From positions 1 through 64,000 of the forward strand of contig JANRKS010000019.1 of the NCBI GenBank assembly GCA_033763315.1: 64,000 nucleotides of DNA. Reading direction: 5' to 3'. Below the pieces are notes generated by a model that saw nothing but the letters and a program-made list of their open reading frames with translations, was not told where the DNA came from and searched no databases. Origin of the DNA: Deltaproteobacteria bacterium. Its GTDB lineage: Bacteria > Myxococcota_A > Polyangia > Fen-1088. Positions 1 to 8,761 of the stretch are shown piece by piece; within the stretch, counting starts at the first letter, position 1, and the number at the start of each line of letters is the position of its first letter. A program made the position numbers and the translations under genes.

Positions 1-170
1 TTTGCACACCAAGTTTTTTGGCTTGGTTTTTTTCTGTTTTAAGGGTTTTTGTTTTTTTTTTTTTTTTTTTTTGGGGGGTTTTTGTGGTTTTTTGGGGGTT
101 GGGGGGGGTTTGGGGGGGGGGGGGGGGGGGGGGGGTTGGGGGGGGGGGGGGGGTATGGGGGGGCGCCGGG
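1..170. repeat. Low-complexity poly-T/poly-G tract at the window start, probable sequencing/assembly artefact
   Basis: Almost only T and G, with runs of >15 T (52-72) and >20 G (112-135). Normal GC-rich coding composition starts at ~170. Confidence 0.8.
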
Positions 171-1964
171 GCCGCCGCCGATGGCGGCATCACTGATGGT
201 GGCAGCACGGTGGGCGAGATTCCGGGACTGAAAAGCATCCGCGTGGATCCGCCTATGGCCAGCGTCAGGGTGGAAAAGGGCACACCAGCCACGGTGCAGT
301 TCAAGGCCTTCGGCACATTCGATGGCAAGCCCGAACGCGAGATCACCACGGAGGTGTCGTGGCGTTCTGACGATCCAGGCCGCGCCGACGTGGATCAAAA
401 AGGTTTGGCCACAACCGCGCCCAACGTTGGCGGCTTGGCCACAATCACGGCGACTTCAGGATTCATCCGAGGCCAAGCTAAGCTGACCATCAAGTACAGC
501 GAAGTGATGCTGGACACCACCGTCACCATGCCTGTGCCGGCTGAAGCGCCCACGAAATTCACGGCCGCGCCTATGGACGCGGCTCGGGCGCCTGTGCTGG
601 TTTATCCGGCCAGCGGCGTGTTGCTGCCGCCCAATTTGGCGGGCATCGAAATTCACTTCACGCCCACCGTCGAAACCAACAAGCTGTTCGAGCTGCAGTT
701 CACCAGCCCCTACCTAGATCTGCGCGTTTACACGCGGTGCCAAGCGCCGGCGGGTGTCACTGGCTGCATCTACACGCCTTCGCAAGACGCGTGGAAGGTT
801 TTGGCGGCGGCCAACCGCGGTGGTGGCGATGTGCAAGTTGTGGTGCGCGGCATGGATGAAGCTGGCACCGGCAAGGGCGAAAGCGCAGCGATCACTGTGG
901 GCTTCTCGCGCGACGAGATCTTGGGCGCCGTTTATTACTGGAGCACCAAAGAAAAGGCCGTCAAACGCTGGGATTTCGGCAGCACCAAACAGAAGACGGC
1001 CGAGACGGTTGTGGAAGGCAGCACCTTTGGCGGCACGTGCCCCGGTTGCCACGCGCTCGCGCGCGACGGTGGCAAGTTGGTGTTGAGCACCAACGGCCAA
1101 AATGACGGCCGGTTGCTGTTGTTCGACCTCAAAACCAATAAGGCGCTGGTGCCTTATCCGCTCGCCCAGCGGTCTCAGTTCGAAGCGTGGAACCCCTCGG
1201 GCAGCCAGTTTGTGGGCATTTTCGGGGATGAGACGGATGTGAAGAAGAACCCTGGCTACGGCAGCTTGATGTTCTTTGATGGCACCACAGGTGCCGTGCA
1301 GTCCATGGTGAAGCCAACGCCGTATTTGCCCGATCACCCCGATTGGTCGCCGGACGGCAACCGCATCGTGTTCACCACGGTGGGCCAGCACAAAACCGAT
1401 CAGCAGTCATACAAGGGTGGCCTGGCGTATGTGACCGTCGAGGGCGCTGGCTGGTCTGCGGCCAAAGAATTGTTGCCACCCGTGGCTGGAAAGAATCGGT
1501 ATTACCCGGCGATTAGCCCCACGAACGACTTCATTGCGTTCAACGAATCGACTTGCCCGGCCGGCAAGGAGGTTGATGGGGATTGCGATTTCGACATGGA
1601 CACCACGTCGAAGCTCTGGGGTTTGTTCCTGCAGGGCACCGCGACGCCTGTTGAGTTTGTCAACGCCAACAAACCGGGCGTGGCTGATGGGGCCAAGACG
1701 GCCATCACGAACTCGTACCCGAAGTGGAGTCCGTTTGTGTTCCAGCTGACCGAGGAACGCAAACTGTTGTGGATGACGTTCACCAGCCGCCGCGCTTATG
1801 GCTTGCGCGGCAGCAAGGTGTTGCTGTGGATGGTGGGCATCGAACCCGCCGCCCTGTCTGCCGGCAAGGACCCCAGCTTCACGGCGTTTGCCTTGCCGTT
1901 CCAAGAGTTGGAGTCCGCCAACCACATCGGCCAGTGGACATCGAAGATTCCTTCCTCGGAATAG
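18..1964 (+). CDS. Secreted Ig-like (Big_2) plus TolB-like/PD40 beta-propeller protein of myxobacterial type; the true N-terminus is obscured by the artefact
   Basis: The ORF reads plausibly from ~aa 52. Ig-like strands (VQFKAFGTFDG..REITTEVSW), PD40-like repeats (HPDWSPDGNRIVF, YYPAISP, YPKWSPF) and a CPGCH motif. Confidence 0.7.
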   Translation: MAWFFSVLRVFVFFFFFFWGVFVVFWGLGGVWGGGGGGGVGGGGGVWGGAGAAADGGITDGGSTVGEIPGLKSIRVDPPMASVRVEKGTPATVQFKAFGTFDGKPEREITTEVSWRSDDPGRADVDQKGLATTAPNVGGLATITATSGFIRGQAKLTIKYSEVMLDTTVTMPVPAEAPTKFTAAPMDAARAPVLVYPASGVLLPPNLAGIEIHFTPTVETNKLFELQFTSPYLDLRVYTRCQAPAGVTGCIYTPSQDAWKVLAAANRGGGDVQVVVRGMDEAGTGKGESAAITVGFSRDEILGAVYYWSTKEKAVKRWDFGSTKQKTAETVVEGSTFGGTCPGCHALARDGGKLVLSTNGQNDGRLLLFDLKTNKALVPYPLAQRSQFEAWNPSGSQFVGIFGDETDVKKNPGYGSLMFFDGTTGAVQSMVKPTPYLPDHPDWSPDGNRIVFTTVGQHKTDQQSYKGGLAYVTVEGAGWSAAKELLPPVAGKNRYYPAISPTNDFIAFNESTCPAGKEVDGDCDFDMDTTSKLWGLFLQGTATPVEFVNANKPGVADGAKTAITNSYPKWSPFVFQLTEERKLLWMTFTSRRAYGLRGSKVLLWMVGIEPAALSAGKDPSFTAFALPFQELESANHIGQWTSKIPSSE

Positions 1965-1999
1965 AACCGGCGGGGCGGGCGCCACACCCAAAGTGAGGG

Positions 2000-2473
2000 C
2001 TAAGCTTTGCGCTTGGCCTTCGCCTTTTGAGGCGCGTCCTTGGCTTTGGGCGCCGCCCCGGGAGGCACGAGCGAAAGCGTCACGTTTTCCTTGACGGGCT
2101 TACACGCGCTTTCCTGGCACACGACGAACGAGGCTTCCGCGGCCATGGCCTTGGGCCCCGGCTCGGCCAGCTGGGCGGACACATCAAACCTCGCCCGGGT
2201 TTGCGTCGATTCGGCCAGATCCGCGCGCGCCAGCTTGGGTTTGGTCACGGTGACGCCCGCAGGAGGCGAAACTTTGAGCGAAATCGGCGCCTCGGCGTTG
2301 AGGTGCCAGCCGTTCTTGCTTTCGATGGTCACGCTCACCGTGGCGGGGGTGCCTACGGCGGCCGGGACTGGCGTGGTTTTCACCGTGTGGGTGTCTTCGG
2401 CATGGGCCAAACCGGCGGCGCACGGGAACAGCAACGAACCGAGGAGAAGGCAGCGACGTGTGAACATGCTCAT
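2000..2473 (-). CDS. Exported DsbD N-terminal-like (Ig-fold thiol:disulfide interchange) domain protein
   Basis: Signal peptide ending AHA-E, GWHLN motif, Cys pair in VCQESACKP, Lys-rich tail. Start taken at ATG 2473 (alternative 2467) inside the longer track ORF. Confidence 0.65.
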   Translation of the reverse strand: MSMFTRRCLLLGSLLFPCAAGLAHAEDTHTVKTTPVPAAVGTPATVSVTIESKNGWHLNAEAPISLKVSPPAGVTVTKPKLARADLAESTQTRARFDVSAQLAEPGPKAMAAEASFVVCQESACKPVKENVTLSLVPPGAAPKAKDAPQKAKAKRKA

Positions 2474-2590
2474 TGGTGTACCATTTGGACGCCCCCCCAG
2501 GCACCCGGCTTCAACGAGTTGCAGATAAAGGGAGCGTTCTGGGCGGGGAGCGTTTCGCATGACCGATCCTTCGGCTAATCTGTGGAAGTC

Positions 2591-2857
2591 ATGTCTCCCA
2601 AGATTGATAACCCTGATCGGGCCCGCCGGCTGGCCCGTGCCATCGCCTCGGACGTCACGCTTTATAACGAGGCTAAAATTGCGCAGGGCATTCAAAACGA
2701 CAGCTTGTTCGATGTGATCGCCCCTGAAATCGAAGAGGGCCGCGCGTTGTTCAAAGATCGGGTCACGCCCGAGATGTTCTCCCAGGGGTTTTACGACCGG
2801 GCGATCGTTGACGTGTTGCTGCGGTCCAAGGGCCACATCAAATCGAAGATCTGGTAG
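2591..2857 (+). CDS. romX: RomX-like protein (partner of RomR in the MglA GEF complex)
   Basis: 88 aa with RLARAIASD-x-x-LYNE...EEGR..F..RV...RAI.D.LLRSKGHIKSKIW. Matches my recollection of myxobacterial RomX, and the gene sits directly upstream of rluD. Confidence 0.75.
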   Translation: MSPKIDNPDRARRLARAIASDVTLYNEAKIAQGIQNDSLFDVIAPEIEEGRALFKDRVTPEMFSQGFYDRAIVDVLLRSKGHIKSKIW

Positions 2858-2862
2858 CGGCG

Positions 2863-3828
2863 GTGGCGGAGGAGCCGCGTCGTTTTGTTGTGTCCCCGCA
2901 ATTGCAGGGGCACCGGCTGGATACCGCGCTGGCGATGTTGGTGGGCGGCGATGTGTCGCGGTCACAGCTGGCGCGCCAAATCACCGAGGGGGCCGTCCGC
3001 GTGGGCGGGCAAGCGTGTTGCTCCCCCTCGTTCAAGCTCAAAGCCGGACAGGTGATCGATTGGGCGCCGCCGCCGGTCAAGCCCTCGGGCGATTTGGCGG
3101 CCGAAGACATCGCCTTGTCGGTGTTGTTCGAGGACGCACACCTCGTTGTGCTGGATAAGCCCGCGGGTTTGGTTGTGCACCCCTCGCCCGGGCACGAAGA
3201 CGGCACGCTGGTGAATGCGCTTTTGGCGCACTGTAAGGATCTGCGAGGCATCGGCGGCGAGTTGCGCCCAGGCATCGTTCACCGCTTGGACAAGGACACC
3301 ACGGGGGTGATGGTGGTGGCCAAGGATGAGCTCACGCTCGCGCGTTTGGGCGAGGCGTTCAAAGCGCACGACATTGAACGCGTCTATGAAGCCTTGGCGG
3401 TGGGGCGCGCGCCCGCGGCTTCGGGTCGCATCGAAACGCTGCATGGCCGCGATCCACGCGATCGCAAGAAGTTCTCGATCAACGTGCGCACCGGTCGAAC
3501 GGCGATCACGAACTGGAAAGTGCTTGAGCCCTTGGGTGGCGCATTGAGAATGGCAGCTCAGCTGGAAACCGGTCGCACGCACCAGGTGCGTTTGCATTTG
3601 GCGTCGCTTGGATGCCCGTTGTTGGGCGATCCAACGTATGCGAAGCCGCCGCGTGATCTGCAGCTGCGGGCGATTGCGAATGAGCTCGGTCGCCAGGCGC
3701 TGCACGCGCGCGTGCTGGGGTTTGTTCACCCGCACACACGGCAGGCGTTGCGGTTTGAGCGCGAGCCGCCGGCGGATTTTCGTCGCGCGCTGGCAGCTTT
3801 GCGGGCCTTGGTCAAACCCGCGGGTTAA
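2863..3828 (+). CDS. rluD: RluA/RluD family 23S rRNA pseudouridine synthase
   Basis: S4-like N-terminus, KPAGLVVHP, catalytic HRLDKDTTG, TGRTHQVR, QALHA. Confidence 0.95.
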   Translation: MAEEPRRFVVSPQLQGHRLDTALAMLVGGDVSRSQLARQITEGAVRVGGQACCSPSFKLKAGQVIDWAPPPVKPSGDLAAEDIALSVLFEDAHLVVLDKPAGLVVHPSPGHEDGTLVNALLAHCKDLRGIGGELRPGIVHRLDKDTTGVMVVAKDELTLARLGEAFKAHDIERVYEALAVGRAPAASGRIETLHGRDPRDRKKFSINVRTGRTAITNWKVLEPLGGALRMAAQLETGRTHQVRLHLASLGCPLLGDPTYAKPPRDLQLRAIANELGRQALHARVLGFVHPHTRQALRFEREPPADFRRALAALRALVKPAG

Positions 3829-3840
3829 ACTCGTGCGGGT

Positions 3841-4617
3841 ATGACGCTGCCGCTTGTGCGTTCACGTTTGTTCCCGCTGGGATTCGTGCATGGCTTCACC
3901 GAACGCGCCGGCGGCGTAAGCCCACCGCCTTACGACACCATGAATGTGGGCTTCAAATGGGGCGACGACACCGCAAACGTGATTGCGAACCGCGCGTTGG
4001 TGCACACCGCTTGCGGGGCTTCGCGTTTGTTGTTGGCCAAGCAAGTGCACGGCAGCGCGGTGGCTGTGGTGTCGATGGATGATGATGTGGACCGCGTGGC
4101 GGCGCTGCAGGCCGACGCGGTGGTGACAGCGGACGAGGACCTGGGCGTGGGCGTGATCGTCGCCGACTGTGTGCCCGTGTTGTTGGCGGATCCGGTGACG
4201 GGTGCCTGCGCTGCCATCCACGCTGGATGGCGAGGCACCGCGGCCAATGTTGTTGGTGAAACGGTGGCGACCCTCACGCGCCGCTTCGGGGTGCGCCCGG
4301 CGGATCTTGTGGCAGCGATCGGTCCTTCGATTGGCCCCTGCTGTTTCGAGGTGGGCGACGAAGTGGTCGCGGCTTTGACGGCCGTGTTACCGGGCCACGC
4401 GGGCCTGGCGGCGATCGGGCCGCGCGGTCGTGCCCACGCAGATCTGTGGCGGGCCAACGCCTGGTTGTTGCAGTCGGCAGGTGTGGGCGCCGGTCACATT
4501 GATGTCCTCGGCGAATGCACGCACTGCCAACCGCACCGTTTTTTTTCCTACCGTCGCGATGGCAGCGTGACGGGCCAGATGATGGCGTTCGTGGCACGCC
4601 GTTCCGTTGCGCCATAA
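3841..4617 (+). CDS. pgeF: PgeF/YfiH purine nucleoside phosphorylase-like protein (peptidoglycan editing factor)
   Basis: QVHG, ADCVPVLL, HAGWRG, IGPSIGPCCFEVG, FFSYRRDG. Conserved position after rluD. Confidence 0.93.
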   Translation: MTLPLVRSRLFPLGFVHGFTERAGGVSPPPYDTMNVGFKWGDDTANVIANRALVHTACGASRLLLAKQVHGSAVAVVSMDDDVDRVAALQADAVVTADEDLGVGVIVADCVPVLLADPVTGACAAIHAGWRGTAANVVGETVATLTRRFGVRPADLVAAIGPSIGPCCFEVGDEVVAALTAVLPGHAGLAAIGPRGRAHADLWRANAWLLQSAGVGAGHIDVLGECTHCQPHRFFSYRRDGSVTGQMMAFVARRSVAP

Positions 4618-4620
4618 ACG

Positions 4621-5049
4621 TTAGCCGCCGGGTGGCGCCGGCACCACGAGCAATTCGACGCGCACCACGCCGGGCCCCAGCATGCCCAGGATCTTGGCGG
4701 CCGCCATCGACACATCAAGGATGCGGCTGCGGCTATAGGGCCCCCGATCGTTGATGCGCACTTTGACGGAAGGGCCCATCGCATGGCCCGCGTTGTCGAT
4801 GCGTACGACACGAACCCAGGTGCCAAAAGGCAATGTACGGTGAGCCGCCGTAAGTTTCTGAGGGCGGTAGCGTTCGCCCGAAGCGGTGGCGTTTCCCGCC
4901 AAGCTGTTGGCGTAATAGCTGGCGATGCCCGTTTGGCGCAGCCCTGGCGCAGGCGCGAATTGGCGATCGTCAATGTTTGCGCTTCGGTCGCTGGGGGGGC
5001 CGTGTTGCCTGGTGGTGCCACAAGCCGCGAGCCACAGCAAAACCGGCAT
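4621..5049 (-). CDS. rlpA: RlpA family septal lytic transglycosylase lipoprotein (DPBB domain)
   Basis: Lipobox LAAC, GIASYY, TASGE, TAAHRTLPFGT, VRINDRGP, RILDVS. Start codon uncertain. Confidence 0.9.
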   Translation of the reverse strand: MPVLLWLAACGTTRQHGPPSDRSANIDDRQFAPAPGLRQTGIASYYANSLAGNATASGERYRPQKLTAAHRTLPFGTWVRVVRIDNAGHAMGPSVKVRINDRGPYSRSRILDVSMAAAKILGMLGPGVVRVELLVVPAPPGG

Positions 5050-5104
5050 CAACCACACCCCCAGGCGCGCGGTTACGCCGGTCGTGCGGTAAGTTGCGGG
5101 CCCT

Positions 5105-5794
5105 ATGGAGCCGCCCATGCCAGCCATCGCAGATCCGCGCGTGCGAGACTTGCTGGCGCATGCCCGATCATTGGTGGGAGCTCGTTTGGCCGACATTGCA
5201 GACGCGTTGGGTTTGCCTGTGCCCGTGGGCAACGTGCGCACGAAGGGGTGGTCGGGGCAAATCATAGAACGGGAACTGGGCGGCACCGAAGAAACGTCGC
5301 ATGGTCCCGATTTCGCTGCGCTTGGCATCGAGCTCAAAACGGTGCCTGTGGACGCGGCTTGGCGCCCCATGGAATCAACGGCCGTGTGTGTGATCGATCC
5401 CATCACAATTGCCGGTGAATCTTGGCAAACCAGCTACGTTCATCAGAAACTGCAGCGCGTGTTGTGGATCGGCCTGAAAGTGCCGGGGCGCGGTTCCGCG
5501 TTCTCGGTGGGCGATCGCGAAGTGTGCGCGGCCGTTTTGTGGTCGCCCACACCTGCGCAAGACGAGCTGCTGCGCGCCGACTTTGAAATGTTCGTGCGCG
5601 ATTATTTTCGCTGTGGCCGCGCTTCGGACATCACAGGTCATTTGGGCCAAGCGTTGCAGGTGCGGCCGAAAGCGGCCAACAACCGTGATCGCCGTCGCGC
5701 TTTTGATAGTGATGGACAACCGGTTCGCGTGGGTAAAAGTGGATTTTACCTGCGCCCAAGCTTTGTAGAGGCCATTCTTCGCGCCGCCCTTTAG
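5105..5794 (+). CDS. mutH: MutH DNA mismatch-repair endonuclease (MutH/Sau3AI family)
   Basis: KGW.G, PDFAALGIELKTVPVD (PD-ExK catalytic core), KLQRVLWI, LWSP, LQVRPKAAN and GFYL are colinear with E. coli MutH. Single domain of ~229 aa. Confidence 0.88.
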   Translation: MEPPMPAIADPRVRDLLAHARSLVGARLADIADALGLPVPVGNVRTKGWSGQIIERELGGTEETSHGPDFAALGIELKTVPVDAAWRPMESTAVCVIDPITIAGESWQTSYVHQKLQRVLWIGLKVPGRGSAFSVGDREVCAAVLWSPTPAQDELLRADFEMFVRDYFRCGRASDITGHLGQALQVRPKAANNRDRRRAFDSDGQPVRVGKSGFYLRPSFVEAILRAAL

Positions 5795-5809
5795 GAGCCC
5801 CTTTCCGCA

Positions 5810-7384
5810 ATGAAAAAAATCGAATCGCTGTTCTGCCGCGTGTGTGCGGTCATCGTTGCCGTGATGGTGATCACGTCCGACGCGTCTGCTGTTTTCGCAC
5901 AGACCGAGCCCGTGGCGAAGCCCTCCGAAGCCGCCTATACGTCGGTGCTCGTGGGCAATGAAAGCCCCGTGTCCGTTTCGCAATTGCTTGCGGAGGCCGT
6001 GACAGGCAACCCTGATCTGCGACGCGAAGGCCTCAACCTGGCGACGGCCAAAGCGCAAGTGCATGCGGCGCTTGGCCAGTTTGATGTCACGTTGTTAAGC
6101 GACGCCACTTACTCGCAGACGGTGACGCCTCAGCTTCAGTCGGGGCCCACGCAGACGAACGACCTTGTGCGCATCACCGCGAAGGCCGTGACCGGCAATT
6201 TGGCCGTGGCTCGCCAGCTTGAAACAGGTGGATCGCTTCGCTTGGGCATCAACGCGAGCGATACGAATGGCAGTGGCCCCTTCTTGTGTGGAACGACCGG
6301 CGACTGCCGCGTTTACAGCACGCGCATGAATTTGTCTTTCACGCACCCCTTGTTGCGCGGCTTCGGCAACGAAGTTACCACTGCCAATTTGCGACGCCGC
6401 CGCATCCAAGTGGATCTCGCTGCACTCAATCGCCAGGCGCGGGCGCTCGTGGTCACGCGCGATTTGCTCATGGGTTATTGGGAGCTCGCCTTTGCCAGCC
6501 GCAATCTGGAGATTGCGAAAAGCGCCGTCGAGCTGGCGCGCAAGCAGCTTGAAGCCACGCGCGCGCAAATCGATGTGGGCCGTTTGGCACCCATCGACGC
6601 GGCCGCCGTTGAACGAGCGATTGGCGATCGCAGGCGAGAAGTTGTGGCCGCCGATCAGGCCGTGTTGTTTCGCAGCATGGAGCTGGCGCGCTTGATGGGA
6701 CGTAAGAGCCAGCCATCTTTCAACCGCATGGTGGCCAGCGATTCACCTGAAGCGACCCCGCATACCGTGGATCTGAGTGTGGAGGTGAACTCAGCCATCG
6801 CAAACAACCCGCAGCTCAAATCATTGCGCGGCGGCCTTGCGCTGACCGAGCTCGACATTCGCACGGCCACCACCACATTGCGGCCTCAGCTTGATCTCAT
6901 TGCGAACTTCGGCAGCACGGGCCGTAAGTCTGTGTTCGACGATGCCCTCAGTGAAACCGTGCAGTTCAAGAACCCTGTGTGGTCGGTGGGGTTGAACTTC
7001 GTGGCGCCGGTGCAAAACCGTGCCGCCGAAGGCTTGCGTGAAGTGGCGCGTTTGGCGAACGAGCGTGCGTGGGTGGACGCCGAAGCCCTTGAGATCGACG
7101 TGCGCGACGCCGTGGTGCGCATGTCGTCGAACGTGTTGACGGCCGGCGAGCGGATCACCTTGGGCGAACAGGTGGTGGAGTTTGCACGGCAAAACTTGCT
7201 GGCCGAGGAAGCCAAGTTCTCGGTGGGCCGTTCCACCAACAACGACGTGTTGCTACGCCAACAAGAGCTGAAGGTGGCGGAAAGCCAGCTGCTGCGCGCC
7301 CGCGTCGACCTGCTGCTGTTTGAAGTGCAGCTGGATGCCGTTACAGGCGCGCTTTTGGACCGCTACGGTCTGGCGTTGCGCTAG
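5810..7384 (+). CDS. TolC family outer-membrane efflux protein
   Basis: Signal peptide and two OEP repeats (NPDLRR...PLLRGFG...; NNPQLK...RPQLDL...AEEAKFSVGRSTNNDVL). Confidence 0.88.
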   Translation: MKKIESLFCRVCAVIVAVMVITSDASAVFAQTEPVAKPSEAAYTSVLVGNESPVSVSQLLAEAVTGNPDLRREGLNLATAKAQVHAALGQFDVTLLSDATYSQTVTPQLQSGPTQTNDLVRITAKAVTGNLAVARQLETGGSLRLGINASDTNGSGPFLCGTTGDCRVYSTRMNLSFTHPLLRGFGNEVTTANLRRRRIQVDLAALNRQARALVVTRDLLMGYWELAFASRNLEIAKSAVELARKQLEATRAQIDVGRLAPIDAAAVERAIGDRRREVVAADQAVLFRSMELARLMGRKSQPSFNRMVASDSPEATPHTVDLSVEVNSAIANNPQLKSLRGGLALTELDIRTATTTLRPQLDLIANFGSTGRKSVFDDALSETVQFKNPVWSVGLNFVAPVQNRAAEGLREVARLANERAWVDAEALEIDVRDAVVRMSSNVLTAGERITLGEQVVEFARQNLLAEEAKFSVGRSTNNDVLLRQQELKVAESQLLRARVDLLLFEVQLDAVTGALLDRYGLALR

Positions 7385-7397
7385 CGGGACGTTCACG

Positions 7398-8669
7398 TCA
7401 CTTGGCGTCGGCTTGACGGACAAGCTTGTACACGGGCCCTTCGTGCGTCACCAGGTAAAGCTCGCCGTCTTGATCCTCGCCGAATGAGCTGATGCGGGCG
7501 AGCTTGCCTTCGGGATCCAAGGTGGGCTTCCAATCCCATGATGATTCCGTTTTGCCGGCCGACCACTTCAAGCTGCGCACCAAAGCTGTGCAGTAATCCG
7601 CATAAAAGTATTGCCCCACGAATTCGGGAAACGCTTTGCCCCGGTACACATAGCCGCCGGTGATTGAGCAGCCTTCGTTGTGTGGGTACTCAATAATCGG
7701 CGCCTGGTACTTGCTGGGCTCACACGGTTTGTCTTTGAAACAGTGAAACCCCTCCATGACGTTCCACCCAAGATTTATGGGCGCCGTGACGTTGGCCAAC
7801 TGGTTTTGTGCCAGCACATGCACGTACTCGAATTTGTTTTGACCCACGTCGGCGATGTAAAGGTCGCCGGTGGCGCGATCAAAGCTGATGCGCCAGGGGT
7901 TGCGTAAGCCCATGGCCACGACTTCGGGCTTGGGCTCCGCGTCTTCCACGTTAAACCGCACCAATTTGCCCAGCATGGCGACGGGGTTTTGGCCGTTGCC
8001 GTGCGGATCATCCGCCGCGCCACCATCACCCAAGCCCACGTACAGCTTGCCATCGGGGCCGAACGCGATATCGCCTGCGTTGTGGTTCTTGTAAGGCTGC
8101 GCCACTTTGAGCAGCAGCTTCACGAATTTGGGATCAGCCTTATCTTTGTTCTTCGAAACGCGTCGCTCTTCGACGTGGGTGGCGCCATCTTCGATCGCCG
8201 TGTAATTGACGTAAAAGCGGCCATTTTTCGCAAATTGCGGGTGGAAGGTGAGCCCTAAGAAGCCCTGCTCACCATTGTCGCGCTTGTCCAGCGCCACCTT
8301 GCCCGTGAGATCCAGGAACGGTTGCGGGTTAAATTTCGTGCCCTTGAGGATGCGCACCTTGCCCTGCTTCTCAAGCAGGAACAGGCGCCCCTTGGGTTCG
8401 GGTGCGGCCACAAGCGCTGTGGCTTCGACGGTTTGGTTCGTCACCAATTCGAGCGTGGCGAGCTTGGCCGCAGCGGGCGCGGGTTCAAGTGCCGGATAAG
8501 GCGGCGGGGTCTTCGCGGGGGCGGCGGCCTCTGCGGCGGCGGCGCCACTTCCTTTGCCAGTGGCAGCGGGTGAAGGTGTGCCTTTGCTTTTGGCGCTGGC
8601 ACATCCGGCCAAGGCCAAGCAGGCGGTCAACGTCAAAAGTCGCGCGCGCGTTCTAGAGGTGTTTCCCAT
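7398..8669 (-). CDS. PQQ-dependent glucose/sorbosone dehydrogenase family lipoprotein
   Basis: Lipobox LAGC, NHNAGDIAFGPDGKLYVGLGDGG, GLRNPWR, DVGQN, SITGGYVYRG, SFGED. Confidence 0.92.
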   Translation of the reverse strand: MGNTSRTRARLLTLTACLALAGCASAKSKGTPSPAATGKGSGAAAAEAAAPAKTPPPYPALEPAPAAAKLATLELVTNQTVEATALVAAPEPKGRLFLLEKQGKVRILKGTKFNPQPFLDLTGKVALDKRDNGEQGFLGLTFHPQFAKNGRFYVNYTAIEDGATHVEERRVSKNKDKADPKFVKLLLKVAQPYKNHNAGDIAFGPDGKLYVGLGDGGAADDPHGNGQNPVAMLGKLVRFNVEDAEPKPEVVAMGLRNPWRISFDRATGDLYIADVGQNKFEYVHVLAQNQLANVTAPINLGWNVMEGFHCFKDKPCEPSKYQAPIIEYPHNEGCSITGGYVYRGKAFPEFVGQYFYADYCTALVRSLKWSAGKTESSWDWKPTLDPEGKLARISSFGEDQDGELYLVTHEGPVYKLVRQADAK

Positions 8670-8761
8670 CACAGCTGTTTATGCCGAACGACCGCCTCAG
8701 GCCAAGCCCCGATTGATCGCTTGCGCGTGTCACACGTCACGCGTGGATGGGCCTATCGGCT

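Noticed and set aside
1-170. Poly-Phe/poly-Gly ORFs or a G-quadruplex-like element
   Set aside because: Homopolymer T/G runs at the sequence edge are most simply low-quality sequence, perhaps over a real Gly-rich linker.
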